Source: a virus
Taxonomy: Duplodnaviria > Caudoviricetes
Length of the DNA: 40,516 bases
IMG/VR virus record: IMGVR_UViG_3300024038_000021
Location: 1-40,516 of that record
Strand: one strand, 5' to 3'
Below the pieces are notes generated by a model, which was not told the origin of the DNA, searched no databases, and was given only the letters and a program-made list of their open reading frames with translations. The position numbers and the translations under genes are program-made. Positions 7,179 through 16,190 of the stretch are shown one piece after another. Numbering within the stretch: the first letter of the stretch is position 1; each line of letters opens with the position of its first letter.

Positions 7179-8803
7179 TCTCCCTCCGCCCCTATCAGCG
7201 CGGCTCCATCGACACCCTTTATGGCTTTTGGGAGAGCGGCGGCGGCAATCCATTGATCGTGCTGCCGACCGGTGCCGGCAAGTCGCTGGTTATCGCGACG
7301 CTGGTCCGCGAACTGGTGGCGCAATGGCCGTCACTACGGATCGGCGTCATTACCCACGTCAAGGAGCTGATCGGTCAGAACGCTCAGGAAATGCTCGGCA
7401 TCTGGCCGTCGGCGCCGATCGGCATCTACTCGGCCGGCCTCGGGCGACGGGACCGACACTCTCGCGTGCTGTTCATGGGCATCCAGAGCGTCCACAACAA
7501 GACCGCCGAGGTCGGCGCCTTCGATGTGATCATAGTCGACGAAGCGCACCTTATCCCGCGCTCGGCCTCGACTATGTACGGCCGCTTCTTCGCTTCGCTG
7601 CGCGAGGTGACGCCGGACATGCGCATCGTCGGCCTGACCGCGACGCCGTACCGGCTGGATAGTGGTCGGCTCGATCGTGGCAAAGATCGCCTTTTCGACG
7701 AGATCATCTACGATGCCAACGTCCGCGACCTGATAGAGGCGGGTTACCTGTCGCAGCTGATCAGCAAGGCGACGGCAACCCGGATCGACGTGTCCGGCGT
7801 TCACATCCGCGCCGGCGAGTTCAAGGCCGATGAGCTTCAGGCTGCCGCCCGCCGGCCGTCCGTCGTGGTCGAGGCTTGCCGCGAGATCATCGAGTACGGC
7901 AAGGATCGCCGTGGCTGGCTGGCATTCTGCACGGGCGTCGAGCACGCGGCCGACGTGCGCGATTGCATGCGCGATCATGGCATCAGCTGCGAGACGATCA
8001 CCGGAGACACACCGTCGAAGGAACGCGACCAGATCATTGCCGCCTACAAGGCGCAGCGCATCCGGTGCCTGACCTCCGTCGGCGTGCTGACAACCGGCTT
8101 CAACGCGCCGCACGTCGACCTGATCGCACTCCTTCGGCCGACGCTGTCGACTGGCCTCTACGTGCAGATGGTCGGGCGAGGCTTTCGCCTTGCGTCGGGC
8201 AAGGAAAATTGCCTGGTGCTGGACTTCGCCGGCAACGTGATGCGGCACGGCCCCATCGATGCCCCCAAGCCGAAAAGCGAGCCGGGCGGCGGCGATGGTG
8301 AGGGCAAGGCGAAACCAGACGACGTTCGCGCGAAGGTATGCCCGGAGTGTCAGGAGCAGGTTGCCATCGCGACGCGCTATTGCCCGACGTGCGGCTTTGA
8401 ATGGACGCGGGAAGAGGCGGCGCACGCGGCCCACGCCGAAGACGTGGCCATCATGTCCGACGAGCAGAAGGCGCCGAAGTGGCTGGAGGTCACCGATCTC
8501 CGCTTCACGCCATATGACAAGCCGGGCGCACCGACATCGCTACTCGTCGAGTATCAGTGCGGGCCGGCCGCGTACCGCGAATGGTGGGCGTTCGAGCATC
8601 GTGGGTTCGCGCGCGACAAAGCCTGCATGATCTGGCGCCGTCTCGACGGTGGGACGCCGTTTCCGCGCACGGTTGCCGAGGCCATCGAGCGCACCGGCGA
8701 ACTCTCTCCGATCACCCACATCCGCGTGAACAAGAACGGAAAACACCTTGACGTCGTCGGGCGGCTTATCGGCCTCGCCGCTGGAAAGGAGGCCGCTGAA
8801 TGA
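7175..8803 (+). CDS. SF2 DEAH-box helicase (RadD/YejH-like) with Zn ribbon
   Basis: LRPYQ, PTGAGKS, DEAH, TATP, QMVGRGFR, CPEC..CPTC. Confidence 0.94.
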   Translation: MISLRPYQRGSIDTLYGFWESGGGNPLIVLPTGAGKSLVIATLVRELVAQWPSLRIGVITHVKELIGQNAQEMLGIWPSAPIGIYSAGLGRRDRHSRVLFMGIQSVHNKTAEVGAFDVIIVDEAHLIPRSASTMYGRFFASLREVTPDMRIVGLTATPYRLDSGRLDRGKDRLFDEIIYDANVRDLIEAGYLSQLISKATATRIDVSGVHIRAGEFKADELQAAARRPSVVVEACREIIEYGKDRRGWLAFCTGVEHAADVRDCMRDHGISCETITGDTPSKERDQIIAAYKAQRIRCLTSVGVLTTGFNAPHVDLIALLRPTLSTGLYVQMVGRGFRLASGKENCLVLDFAGNVMRHGPIDAPKPKSEPGGGDGEGKAKPDDVRAKVCPECQEQVAIATRYCPTCGFEWTREEAAHAAHAEDVAIMSDEQKAPKWLEVTDLRFTPYDKPGAPTSLLVEYQCGPAAYREWWAFEHRGFARDKACMIWRRLDGGTPFPRTVAEAIERTGELSPITHIRVNKNGKHLDVVGRLIGLAAGKEAAE

Positions 8804-8991
8804 ACATGCCGATTGGTCACCGTATTGGCTCGGCGCGTTGCCAGTTCATCGCCGAGGTTCGCCGCATATCGGCCGGCGTAGAGCAGGGGAGAGCCGCATC
8901 CGAGGGGATGCGAGATATTCGCCGCGCGCTTGCCACGCTCGACAAGGCGGCGTCGAAAGGTCGCGAAGATGATCGCCGCCCGCAAGCTTAG
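8800..8991 (+). CDS. Small hypothetical protein
   Basis: ATGA coupling to the helicase; AGGAGG upstream. Confidence 0.55.
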   Translation: MNMPIGHRIGSARCQFIAEVRRISAGVEQGRAASEGMRDIRRALATLDKAASKGREDDRRPQA

Positions 8992-9337
8992 CACCGACCC
9001 TCTGGCCGGTGGCCCGTGCTTCTGCTGCCGACGACGGGACGATGGCGCGGCCTTCACCTGCAAGCCCGGCTATTTCGAGCGGCGACCGCTCGTCTGGTGG
9101 AGCTGTGACGATCACATACACCTCGCACGCAAGGCATTCATGATGCCACGGAAAGAGCTTGATCGAGCGGAACAGGAAGCGCTGAGGGACGCCGGCGACG
9201 CGGCCGGCGCCTACCTCGACGAGATCGGCGAAACCGACCTCGCAAAACTCGGGGCAGTGGAGTGGGTGTCGTTCCTGCGCAAGATCATCGACACCTTCGG
9301 CAAATCGCTTGCCGAGCGGCTGGATAAGGCGCCCTGA
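8969..9337 (+). CDS. Phage hypothetical protein (DUF6511-like, Cys-containing; usually precedes the primase)
   Basis: C.CCRR...WWSC, AG.YLDEIG.TDLA.L...EW; TGATG coupling to the primase. Confidence 0.75.
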   Translation: MIAARKLSTDPLAGGPCFCCRRRDDGAAFTCKPGYFERRPLVWWSCDDHIHLARKAFMMPRKELDRAEQEALRDAGDAAGAYLDEIGETDLAKLGAVEWVSFLRKIIDTFGKSLAERLDKAP

Positions 9338-11502
9338 TGGCCAAGCTCGGTTTCACATTCGACCCGGCGGCGCATGCCGAACCGTCCGCTCGGGAGATCA
9401 ATCTCGCGGTCGCGCTCGCGCTGGCCGAGGCCGGCGTTCCTGTATTCCCGGCTCGCGTCACCAAGGGCGCCAACAAGTGGGACAAGACGCCGCTTGTCGA
9501 GTGGCGCAAGGCCGCAACGTCGGACCCGGCCATCGTGCGCCGCTGGTGGATGCAGTTCCCGGACGCACTGCCGGGTATCGAGCTGGCGATGTCCGAGCTG
9601 GTGGTGATCGATGCCGATCGGCATGGTGGCCCTGACGGTGTCGCTGCGCTGGCCGAACTGGCGGCATCCAAAGGCGGCATGCCGGCGGGGCCGGTGGTGG
9701 AGACGGCCGGCGGCGGGCTACACCATATCTTCCGCAACTTGTCACAAGAACCGCTTGGCAACGCCCGCGGCAATCTTCCAGACGGGATCGACGTGCGCGG
9801 CGCTGGCGGATGGATCGTCGCGCCCGGATCGATGCGCGCCGACGGCGCGGTCTACGGGACGCTGGACGGGCATCCGTCGCTTCTGGAGGCGATCGAGGCC
9901 GATACGATCCCACCGGTACCGAGTTGGATCGTTGACATCATCAAGACGCCGAAGGCTCGCGACGAGGCCCCGCCGGCGGCGACGGCGTTGCCCGTCGCGT
10001 CTCGGCCGGCCAGCTCTGCGCAGGAGCGCGCCTATGCGACGGCAGCGCTCGACGACGAATGCGCCGCTGTCGCCGGATCCTATCCCGGCACGCGCAATAG
10101 CGAGTTGAACCGTGCCGCGCTGAAGCTCGGGCACCAGGTGGCCGCTGGCCGTCTGGGGCGCCACGAGGTCACGCAGGCGCTGATCGCTGCCGCCCAGGCT
10201 TGCGGATTGGCCAAAGACGATGGCATGCCGTCGGTGCTGAAGACGATCGCAAGCGGGCTCAACGCCGGCATGCGCACGCCGGCGCCGCCGCTCGAAAGCA
10301 CCGCGGACCGCGATGAGGAGGTCGGCGCCGCCAGCGCCGCCGCGTTGCTGCGGGAGCGCATCGACCCGGAGACGGGCGAAATCATCAGCGAACCGCATCC
10401 GACGCCGAAGGGGCCGGCGCTGAAGCTCTTGCCTCAAATCATCCCGGCCGATCTTCAAGGACAGCCGGTGCCGGTACGGCGGTGGATGGTCGACGATCTT
10501 GTCCCCGAGGGTACGGTGACCAGCCTCAACGGTGATGGCGGCACCGGCAAGTCGCTTCTGGCGCTTCAACTCGCCATTGCCGCGTCTGTCGGCGGCGTAT
10601 GGCTGGGGCACCGTGTGCCGCGGTGCCGGTCGCTGTTCGTGACGGCCGAAGATGACGCCGATGAATGCCACCGACGCCTCTGGTCGATCACGCGCGCCGA
10701 AAAGACGGAGCTTGCCGATCTCGACAATCTCCGCGTCTCGTCGCTTGTCGAGGAGCCGGACGCTGTGTTGGCAGCCCCAGAGCCGCGCTCGCGTCGGCTA
10801 CAGCCAACAGCTCTATGGGGCGCTCTTGAGCGCTTCGTTTCCGAGTGGCAACCCAAGCTGGTGGTGCTCGATACGCTGGCCGACCTTTTCGGAGGTGACG
10901 AGATCGACCGCGCACAATCCCGCGCCTTCATCGGCATGTTGCGGCGTCTCTGTGTCCAGCGTGACCTGACCATCGTCCTTCTTGCTCACCCTTCGGTGTC
11001 GGGCATGTCCAGCGGTAGCGGCAGTTCCGGTTCAACGGCTTGGAACAACTCGGTTCGGTCGCGGCTCTATCTCCGGCGCGCGATCGGCGGCGACGGCATC
11101 GAGGATGACCCGGATTTGCGTGTCCTGACCACCAAGAAAGCCAACTACGGCCCCATCGGCGCCGAGATCAAGATGCGGTGGGTAGACGGGCGTTTCGTCG
11201 CCGAGAACGTCGACGAGCCTCAGCAGGACCCGAGCGCGGCAAAGGCCCGCATTGATGCGCTCTTTCTGCGGCTGCTGGACGACTATGAGGCCGAAGGCCG
11301 CTTTGTAGGCTCGGCACGATCATCGAACTATGCGCCGACGGTTTTTGCGCTGGACGCGCGAGCCAAAGGTACAGATCGCCGGGGGTTTGAGGGGGCGATG
11401 AACCGATTGTTCGCCGAGAAGCGCATCCGCAACGCCGAATACGGGCCACCGAGCAAGACCCGCATGCGGCTGACCAGGTGCCGGCCGGAAGATGTTGCGT
11501 AG
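9337..11502 (+). CDS. Bifunctional primase-polymerase fused to an AAA_25 (RepA-like) helicase
   Basis: VFP, LVVIDAD, TAGGGLH, IDVRG.GG.IVAPGS; GTRN..LN; GDGGTGKS, VLDT, LAHP. Confidence 0.93.
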   Translation: MAKLGFTFDPAAHAEPSAREINLAVALALAEAGVPVFPARVTKGANKWDKTPLVEWRKAATSDPAIVRRWWMQFPDALPGIELAMSELVVIDADRHGGPDGVAALAELAASKGGMPAGPVVETAGGGLHHIFRNLSQEPLGNARGNLPDGIDVRGAGGWIVAPGSMRADGAVYGTLDGHPSLLEAIEADTIPPVPSWIVDIIKTPKARDEAPPAATALPVASRPASSAQERAYATAALDDECAAVAGSYPGTRNSELNRAALKLGHQVAAGRLGRHEVTQALIAAAQACGLAKDDGMPSVLKTIASGLNAGMRTPAPPLESTADRDEEVGAASAAALLRERIDPETGEIISEPHPTPKGPALKLLPQIIPADLQGQPVPVRRWMVDDLVPEGTVTSLNGDGGTGKSLLALQLAIAASVGGVWLGHRVPRCRSLFVTAEDDADECHRRLWSITRAEKTELADLDNLRVSSLVEEPDAVLAAPEPRSRRLQPTALWGALERFVSEWQPKLVVLDTLADLFGGDEIDRAQSRAFIGMLRRLCVQRDLTIVLLAHPSVSGMSSGSGSSGSTAWNNSVRSRLYLRRAIGGDGIEDDPDLRVLTTKKANYGPIGAEIKMRWVDGRFVAENVDEPQQDPSAAKARIDALFLRLLDDYEAEGRFVGSARSSNYAPTVFALDARAKGTDRRGFEGAMNRLFAEKRIRNAEYGPPSKTRMRLTRCRPEDVA

Positions 11503-11523
11503 CAGGCCCGGTCCGCGCGGCGG

Positions 11524-11949
11524 CTAAGCCGCCCGCTTGACGGCTTCCTCGAAAGGCTCTCCGGCGGCTTGGAATGCCGCTTCTAGCTGGTCGATGCGCG
11601 AGTTGTGATCGAGGCGAAAAAGCCGGTCGACCTGTTCGCGGTGCCAGCCAAGACGGCGAGCCAGTTCGGCGCGCGTGACGCCGTGTTGCCGGCAAACCAG
11701 AAACAGCAGCGTCTTCATGCTGGCGGCGAGTGGCAGCCGGACTCTCTCGGCATTGCCGGATGGATCACCGAACGGCACGTCTTCCCAACGCGACAGGCGC
11801 GCCGCAACGGCTTCCTCGATGGCCTCGGCGGCATGCCGGAGGGCGTCGCTGCGATCTACGCCGAAAGTGGTCACCTCGGGCAAGATTGGGCACGTCACCA
11901 ACAGGGTGTCGTTGTCGTCGGGCGTCAGCTCGACAGGATAATAGAGCAT
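11524..11949 (-). CDS. hicB: HicB antitoxin
   Basis: YPVELTPDDNDTLLVTCP.LPEVTTFG plus C-terminal HTH. Confidence 0.93.
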   Translation of the reverse strand: MLYYPVELTPDDNDTLLVTCPILPEVTTFGVDRSDALRHAAEAIEEAVAARLSRWEDVPFGDPSGNAERVRLPLAASMKTLLFLVCRQHGVTRAELARRLGWHREQVDRLFRLDHNSRIDQLEAAFQAAGEPFEEAVKRAA

Positions 11950-11971
11950 CGTTCCGTCCTTCCTCCCGGCC

Positions 11972-12160
11972 TCACTTGAGGCCGAGGTCTTTCTTGATCT
12001 TGTTCACGAGCCCGGAGCCAAGTTCCTTGCTCGCCCCGTGCATGGGGATCTGCGAGGTCCTGTCACCGCGCCGCACCGTCACATGGCTGCTACCGCCCCG
12101 GTGCGTCTCGAAAGTGCAGCCCTGTCGGGCCAACCAGCGTTTGAGTTCTTGCGCGTTCAT
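11972..12160 (-). CDS. hicA: HicA mRNase toxin
   Basis: ELKRWL..QGC.F...GGSSH......IPMHG.KEL..GLV.KIKKDLGL. Confidence 0.94.
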   Translation of the reverse strand: MNAQELKRWLARQGCTFETHRGGSSHVTVRRGDRTSQIPMHGASKELGSGLVNKIKKDLGLK

Positions 12161-12169
12161 GATGAATAT

Positions 12170-12210
12170 AGGCTACTCCACAGAACTGTGGAAGTCAACA
12201 TATGTGTGGA
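12170..12210 (-). promoter_or_regulatory. hicAB promoter with two palindromic operators
   Basis: Minus strand TTGACT-N17-TAGCCT (12198 to 12170); TCCACAGAACTGTGGA (12177-12192) in the spacer; TCAACATATGTGTGGA (12195-12210) over the -35. Confidence 0.72.
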
Positions 12211-12288
12211 GTTTTTTTGACGGCTGGGTGGTGTCGTTCATATCAAATCTTATAAGCATGAATACCTATCTTGAGTACAGAACTCCAT

Positions 12289-12381
12289 TTCCAGCCCCCT
12301 TCCAGCCCAAAATCGGCGCTTCCAGCCCCCTTCCAGCCGGCTTCCAGCCCCCTTCCAACCGGCTTCCAGCCCCTTCCAGCC
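12289..12381. repeat. Eight copies of TTCCA(G/A)CC at about 11-bp period; iteron-like, putative phage origin
   Basis: Copies at 12289, 12300, 12320, 12331, 12342, 12353, 12364 and 12374; AT-rich tract on the left, hairpins on the right. Confidence 0.8.
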
Positions 12382-12540
12382 TCCTGCTTCCCCCCTCTAT
12401 ATCCCTAAAGGGATATATCCCCTCCCTTTGGGAGAGGGAGGGATATCCCATCGGGACAAGGGATTGACCAACGCGGCGAATGGTGGCACCAAAGCGATCG
12501 CTAGATGCGAGACGGGCCGCGGCGAGAGATTGCCGCACCA

Positions 12541-12801
12541 ATGCGAAACCCGATCATCCGGGACTATCAGTCCCTGCTTGCCGAGCTGGTCGCCGAACGC
12601 AAGCGGCAAGGCCTCTCCCAGATCGACATGGACACCGTGGCGTTCATCGCCGACGGCTATACCGCCAAGCTCGAAGCCGGCTACAAGCACTTCGGGCCGA
12701 TCTCGCTCGCTGCCGTCCTCGGCGCCCTCAATGTCGCCCTCGTCCTCGTCAGGCTCGATGAGCATGGCCGGCCCCTCGTTGACGACGAGGTGGCAGCATG
12801 A
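12541..12801 (+). CDS. XRE-like HTH protein
   Basis: LVAERKRQGLSQIDMD......GYTAKLEAG. Confidence 0.75.
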   Translation: MRNPIIRDYQSLLAELVAERKRQGLSQIDMDTVAFIADGYTAKLEAGYKHFGPISLAAVLGALNVALVLVRLDEHGRPLVDDEVAA

Positions 12802-13340
12802 GCGACGCTCTTTCCGCCCCTGCCAAGACCTCGCAAGAGCCGGTCGCAACTCAGGACACTGACGCGCACCTGTCGGCGCTGTCCCGGCGTCAGGTCGGGT
12901 TTGTTCAGTCCATCGTGTGGGATGGGTTGCCATTCACGCATGTGTTCCAGAAGCTCGGAATTCCGGAGCGCACGGCCTATCGGTGGATGAGAGAGCCTGC
13001 CGTTATCGCAGCGATCAAGGGTGAGGAGCGGGTGCTCCGTTCGTCGGCCCGATCCGGCAACATCCTGGCCCTCAAGCGCATCCGGGATACCAGCGACAAC
13101 AGCCTAGCGGTGGTTCAGGCGGTTAAGGCATTGGAACAATTGGCGGATCAGGAGCAGGGCACAGCCCCACCCGGCCAGTCACGCGGCTATGTCATCGTCA
13201 TCAACGCGCCGTCAGCAGCCTCGACGGCTGCTGACGCAAACGTGCAACCCGCTGTAAATGCACGCATAATCGACGCGACGCCCATCTATGACGAGTGCCA
13301 CGACGCGCCGGACGGCGGATCGGAGGCGGGCGGGGGGTAG
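12798..13340 (+). CDS. HTH protein, probable terminase small subunit
   Basis: QKLGIPERTAYRWMREP HTH, helical oligomerisation-like segment, position upstream of the large terminase. Confidence 0.65.
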   Translation: MSDALSAPAKTSQEPVATQDTDAHLSALSRRQVGFVQSIVWDGLPFTHVFQKLGIPERTAYRWMREPAVIAAIKGEERVLRSSARSGNILALKRIRDTSDNSLAVVQAVKALEQLADQEQGTAPPGQSRGYVIVINAPSAASTAADANVQPAVNARIIDATPIYDECHDAPDGGSEAGGG

Positions 13341-13474
13341 CTCGCGGCGCGGCGCCCAGGGCGGGACCCCGCCCGGAAAAACCGGTCGCCGTGCAAGAGA
13401 TCCAACTCCCCACGCACGATTTCCCCAAATAAACCCGAGATTTTTTGTCAGCTTAAAAAATTTGGAGGTCGACT

Positions 13475-13933
13475 TTGACGACGATTGCTTATCGGGCTGG
13501 AGTAATGGCCGCCGACACTGGCGCATGTTACGGAGGCGCTAAGGTTTCCGGAGCCGTGAAGATGGCGAAGGGGCCGGATGGCTTTGTTTTCGGCATTGCT
13601 GGCAATGCTGCTCTCGGTACCGCATTTCTTGATTGGGTCCGCTCTGGCTATATCGGAGAGTCGCCGCTTATCCCGCTCGACAAGGACGGCGATAACGAGA
13701 TCGTTGTATTGCGCGCAGGTTCGGATGGCAGCCTCTCGCTGCTTTCCCACTTTGGCGCCGAGGATCTGTCAGGCCTCCCCTACATGGCAATAGGGGCGGA
13801 CGCCGCCGTAGCGCTCGGCGCCATGCACGTAGGCGCTCCGGCAATCAGGGCTATTTCCGCCGCGATCGAGCATGGCCGGTGGACATCCGGAAAGGTGTTC
13901 GAGCTTCCCGTTGGAAAGTCTATCGATGCCTGA
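13475..13933 (+). CDS. Ntn-hydrolase (proteasome-beta/HslV-like) fold protein
   Basis: TTG start after GGAGG; N-terminus MTTIAY..GVMAAD, K, GIAG, AIG, ALGAM..GA. Confidence 0.78.
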   Translation: MTTIAYRAGVMAADTGACYGGAKVSGAVKMAKGPDGFVFGIAGNAALGTAFLDWVRSGYIGESPLIPLDKDGDNEIVVLRAGSDGSLSLLSHFGAEDLSGLPYMAIGADAAVALGAMHVGAPAIRAISAAIEHGRWTSGKVFELPVGKSIDA

Positions 13934-15542
13934 AATCCGCTTCACTCCGGACGGCCGGCAAATCTACGAGCCCGATGGATCGGTGCTTGTCGACTTCCTG
14001 CTTTGCCGTAAGCCGGTGATCGGCATTCAAGGCCCGGTTGGCTCTGGCAAGTCGAAGGCTGCCAACATGCTGCTCTACGCGATTGCGTCGGAGCAGCGGC
14101 CGGACCGCTACGGCATCCGGCGCACGCGCTGGGCCGTTGTCCGCAACACCTATCCGGAGCTGAAGAACACCACCATCCGAACGTGGCTGGATACCTTCCC
14201 GGAGGAGGTCTACGGCAAGTTCCGCTGGTCGATCCCCTACCAGCACATCATCCGCCTCGATGACATGGTGATCGAGGTCGATTTCCTGGCGTTGGACAAG
14301 CCGGATGACGTGAAGAAGCTGCGCTCCGGCGAGTACACCGGCTTCTACTTCAACGAGATGCAGTACATCCCGAAAGACCTGTTCGACGAGGCCACCAGCC
14401 GCGCCGGCCGATACCCGGCCGTGAAGGATGGTGGCTGTACGTGGTCGGGCGTGATCTTCGACATGAACGCTCCGGAGGAAGACCACTGGACCGGTATGAT
14501 GACCGGTCAGGTTCCCTATCCGGACGGCATGCCGGATGAGGAGCGCGAGGCGTTGCGCTGGCCGGTCGAATGGGGCTTCTTCATGCAGCCGCCCGGCCTG
14601 ATCGCCATTCGCGACGCGGACGGATCGATCATCGGCTATGAGGACAATCCGATTGCCGAGAACGTGAAGTGGCTGAAGCCGAATTATTATCTCGACCAGA
14701 TCAAGGGCAAGACGCGCAGCTGGATCGACAGCCGCATTATGAATGTGGTGACAGTGATCCTTGAAGGCTCGCCCGTGTGGCCAACGTTCCGGCCGGAAAT
14801 CCACTTCGTCAATCGCATCCTTTCGCCAGTGCGCAGCCACGATCTGCATGTCGGGCTCGACTTCGGCCGGCAGCCGGCGGCGATCATCGGCCAGAGCGTC
14901 AACGGGCGGGTGATCGTCTATGACGAGCTGATCGGCCGCGACGAGAGTGCGACGGTGTTTGCGCCTAAGGTGAAGGCCCTGCTTGAGCGGAAATATCCCG
15001 GCTTCCGAGTGCGGTTCCACGGCGATCCGAAGGGCGCCGACAAGAACCAGACCGACGAACGCACGGCCTTCGATATCTTCCGCCAGCACGGCATGATCGT
15101 CGAGCCGGCGCCGGTGCCGACCAACAACATCAAGACCCGCCTTGAAGCGGTCGAATATTGCCTAACCCAGCTCGTCGACGGGAAGCCGAAGTTCCTCGTC
15201 ACGGCGAACGCCCGCACGATCAAGATGGCGATGCAGGGCAAGTACCATTACCGCAAGAACGACTTCAACAAGTTGGAGCCGGTCAAGGACCAGTGGTCGA
15301 ACCCGGCGGACGCGCTCCAGTACATGATCCTCGGCATGGGCGAGGGAAAGGCGATGGTCGGCCTCGATGCCGCGCACCGGCCGGCGCCCTATGTGCCGTC
15401 CCGCGCCGCCAGCGGACAGTCGGCCCGCTTCAGCCGCGGCGCTCGTCGTCGTGGTGCGGCGAGCCTCCGACATCATTGCCAGTCTCCTTCGGCGAGGGTG
15501 GCGCCAGGAATCCAGCGCCAGCGAGTGGCCGGCCATGGGTGA
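13926..15542 (+). CDS. terL: Terminase large subunit
   Basis: GPVGSGKS, VRNTYPELKNTT, YFNE, GLDFG, GDP.G, SNPADALQY. Confidence 0.95.
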   Translation: MPEIRFTPDGRQIYEPDGSVLVDFLLCRKPVIGIQGPVGSGKSKAANMLLYAIASEQRPDRYGIRRTRWAVVRNTYPELKNTTIRTWLDTFPEEVYGKFRWSIPYQHIIRLDDMVIEVDFLALDKPDDVKKLRSGEYTGFYFNEMQYIPKDLFDEATSRAGRYPAVKDGGCTWSGVIFDMNAPEEDHWTGMMTGQVPYPDGMPDEEREALRWPVEWGFFMQPPGLIAIRDADGSIIGYEDNPIAENVKWLKPNYYLDQIKGKTRSWIDSRIMNVVTVILEGSPVWPTFRPEIHFVNRILSPVRSHDLHVGLDFGRQPAAIIGQSVNGRVIVYDELIGRDESATVFAPKVKALLERKYPGFRVRFHGDPKGADKNQTDERTAFDIFRQHGMIVEPAPVPTNNIKTRLEAVEYCLTQLVDGKPKFLVTANARTIKMAMQGKYHYRKNDFNKLEPVKDQWSNPADALQYMILGMGEGKAMVGLDAAHRPAPYVPSRAASGQSARFSRGARRRGAASLRHHCQSPSARVAPGIQRQRVAGHG

Positions 15543-15945
15543 AACATCGCTTGCGCTTCCGATCGAAACCCCCTTCACGTGGTTCGTCTGCTTTCATCCG
15601 AATTGCACGTCCTGGTGGGTGCGCCTCATTCCGGGACGCTTCAAGCATGTCTCGTGCTTCGGTCAGGTGCCGAGCACCAGGGCATGGGTGTTCTGCGATC
15701 CGGCCATCGACTGGATGCGCCTGTCGGTCGTGGCCGACGAGGACGCGGACGACGTGTTCAAGGTCTGGACCGCTCATGGCGCAAGAATTGTTCGCATCAA
15801 CCTCCAGCGCAAGACCGGCCGGCACTGGCGCCTAGGCTTCTGGTGCGTGCCGGTGGTGGCGCACATTCTCGGCATTCGGTCGAGGGCAGTGCGGCCGGAC
15901 GGCTTTCTGCGAGAATTGCTCCGACAAGGTGGAGAGTTGCTATGA
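15535..15945 (+). CDS. Conserved podovirus protein, possibly permuted papain-like (H before C)
   Basis: WW......FKHV..F...FWCV..VAHILG......P..F.R.L. Confidence 0.7.
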   Translation: MGETSLALPIETPFTWFVCFHPNCTSWWVRLIPGRFKHVSCFGQVPSTRAWVFCDPAIDWMRLSVVADEDADDVFKVWTAHGARIVRINLQRKTGRHWRLGFWCVPVVAHILGIRSRAVRPDGFLRELLRQGGELL

Positions 15946-16187
15946 AAGCCCCGAAGGTCGAAGTGAAGGAAGATCCGGTTCTGGCTGCGGTCGAGAAGCG
16001 GAACCAGGAGAACGACTTCACGTCGATCCAGAAGGACGTGCAGGGGCAAACCTCGCAGCTCGGCCGCTTCGCCACCACGCCGGCGGCCGGGTCACAGTCG
16101 GCGCCGATCATGGCCGGCTTTCCGACCGGCACATCGGACGTCGTGCAGAGTTCCGTTCTGAAACTCCTCCTGAGCGGGGCGAGATGA
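15942..16187 (+). CDS. Small virion-associated protein preceding the portal
   Basis: ATGA coupling, GGAGAG SD, MKAPKV start; synteny. Confidence 0.65.
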   Translation: MKAPKVEVKEDPVLAAVEKRNQENDFTSIQKDVQGQTSQLGRFATTPAAGSQSAPIMAGFPTGTSDVVQSSVLKLLLSGAR

Positions 16188-16190
16188 TCC

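Noticed and set aside
15400-15542. Frameshift at the terL C-terminus
   Set aside because: The low-complexity basic tail follows the last nuclease motif and still overlaps the next start; no positive evidence without homologues
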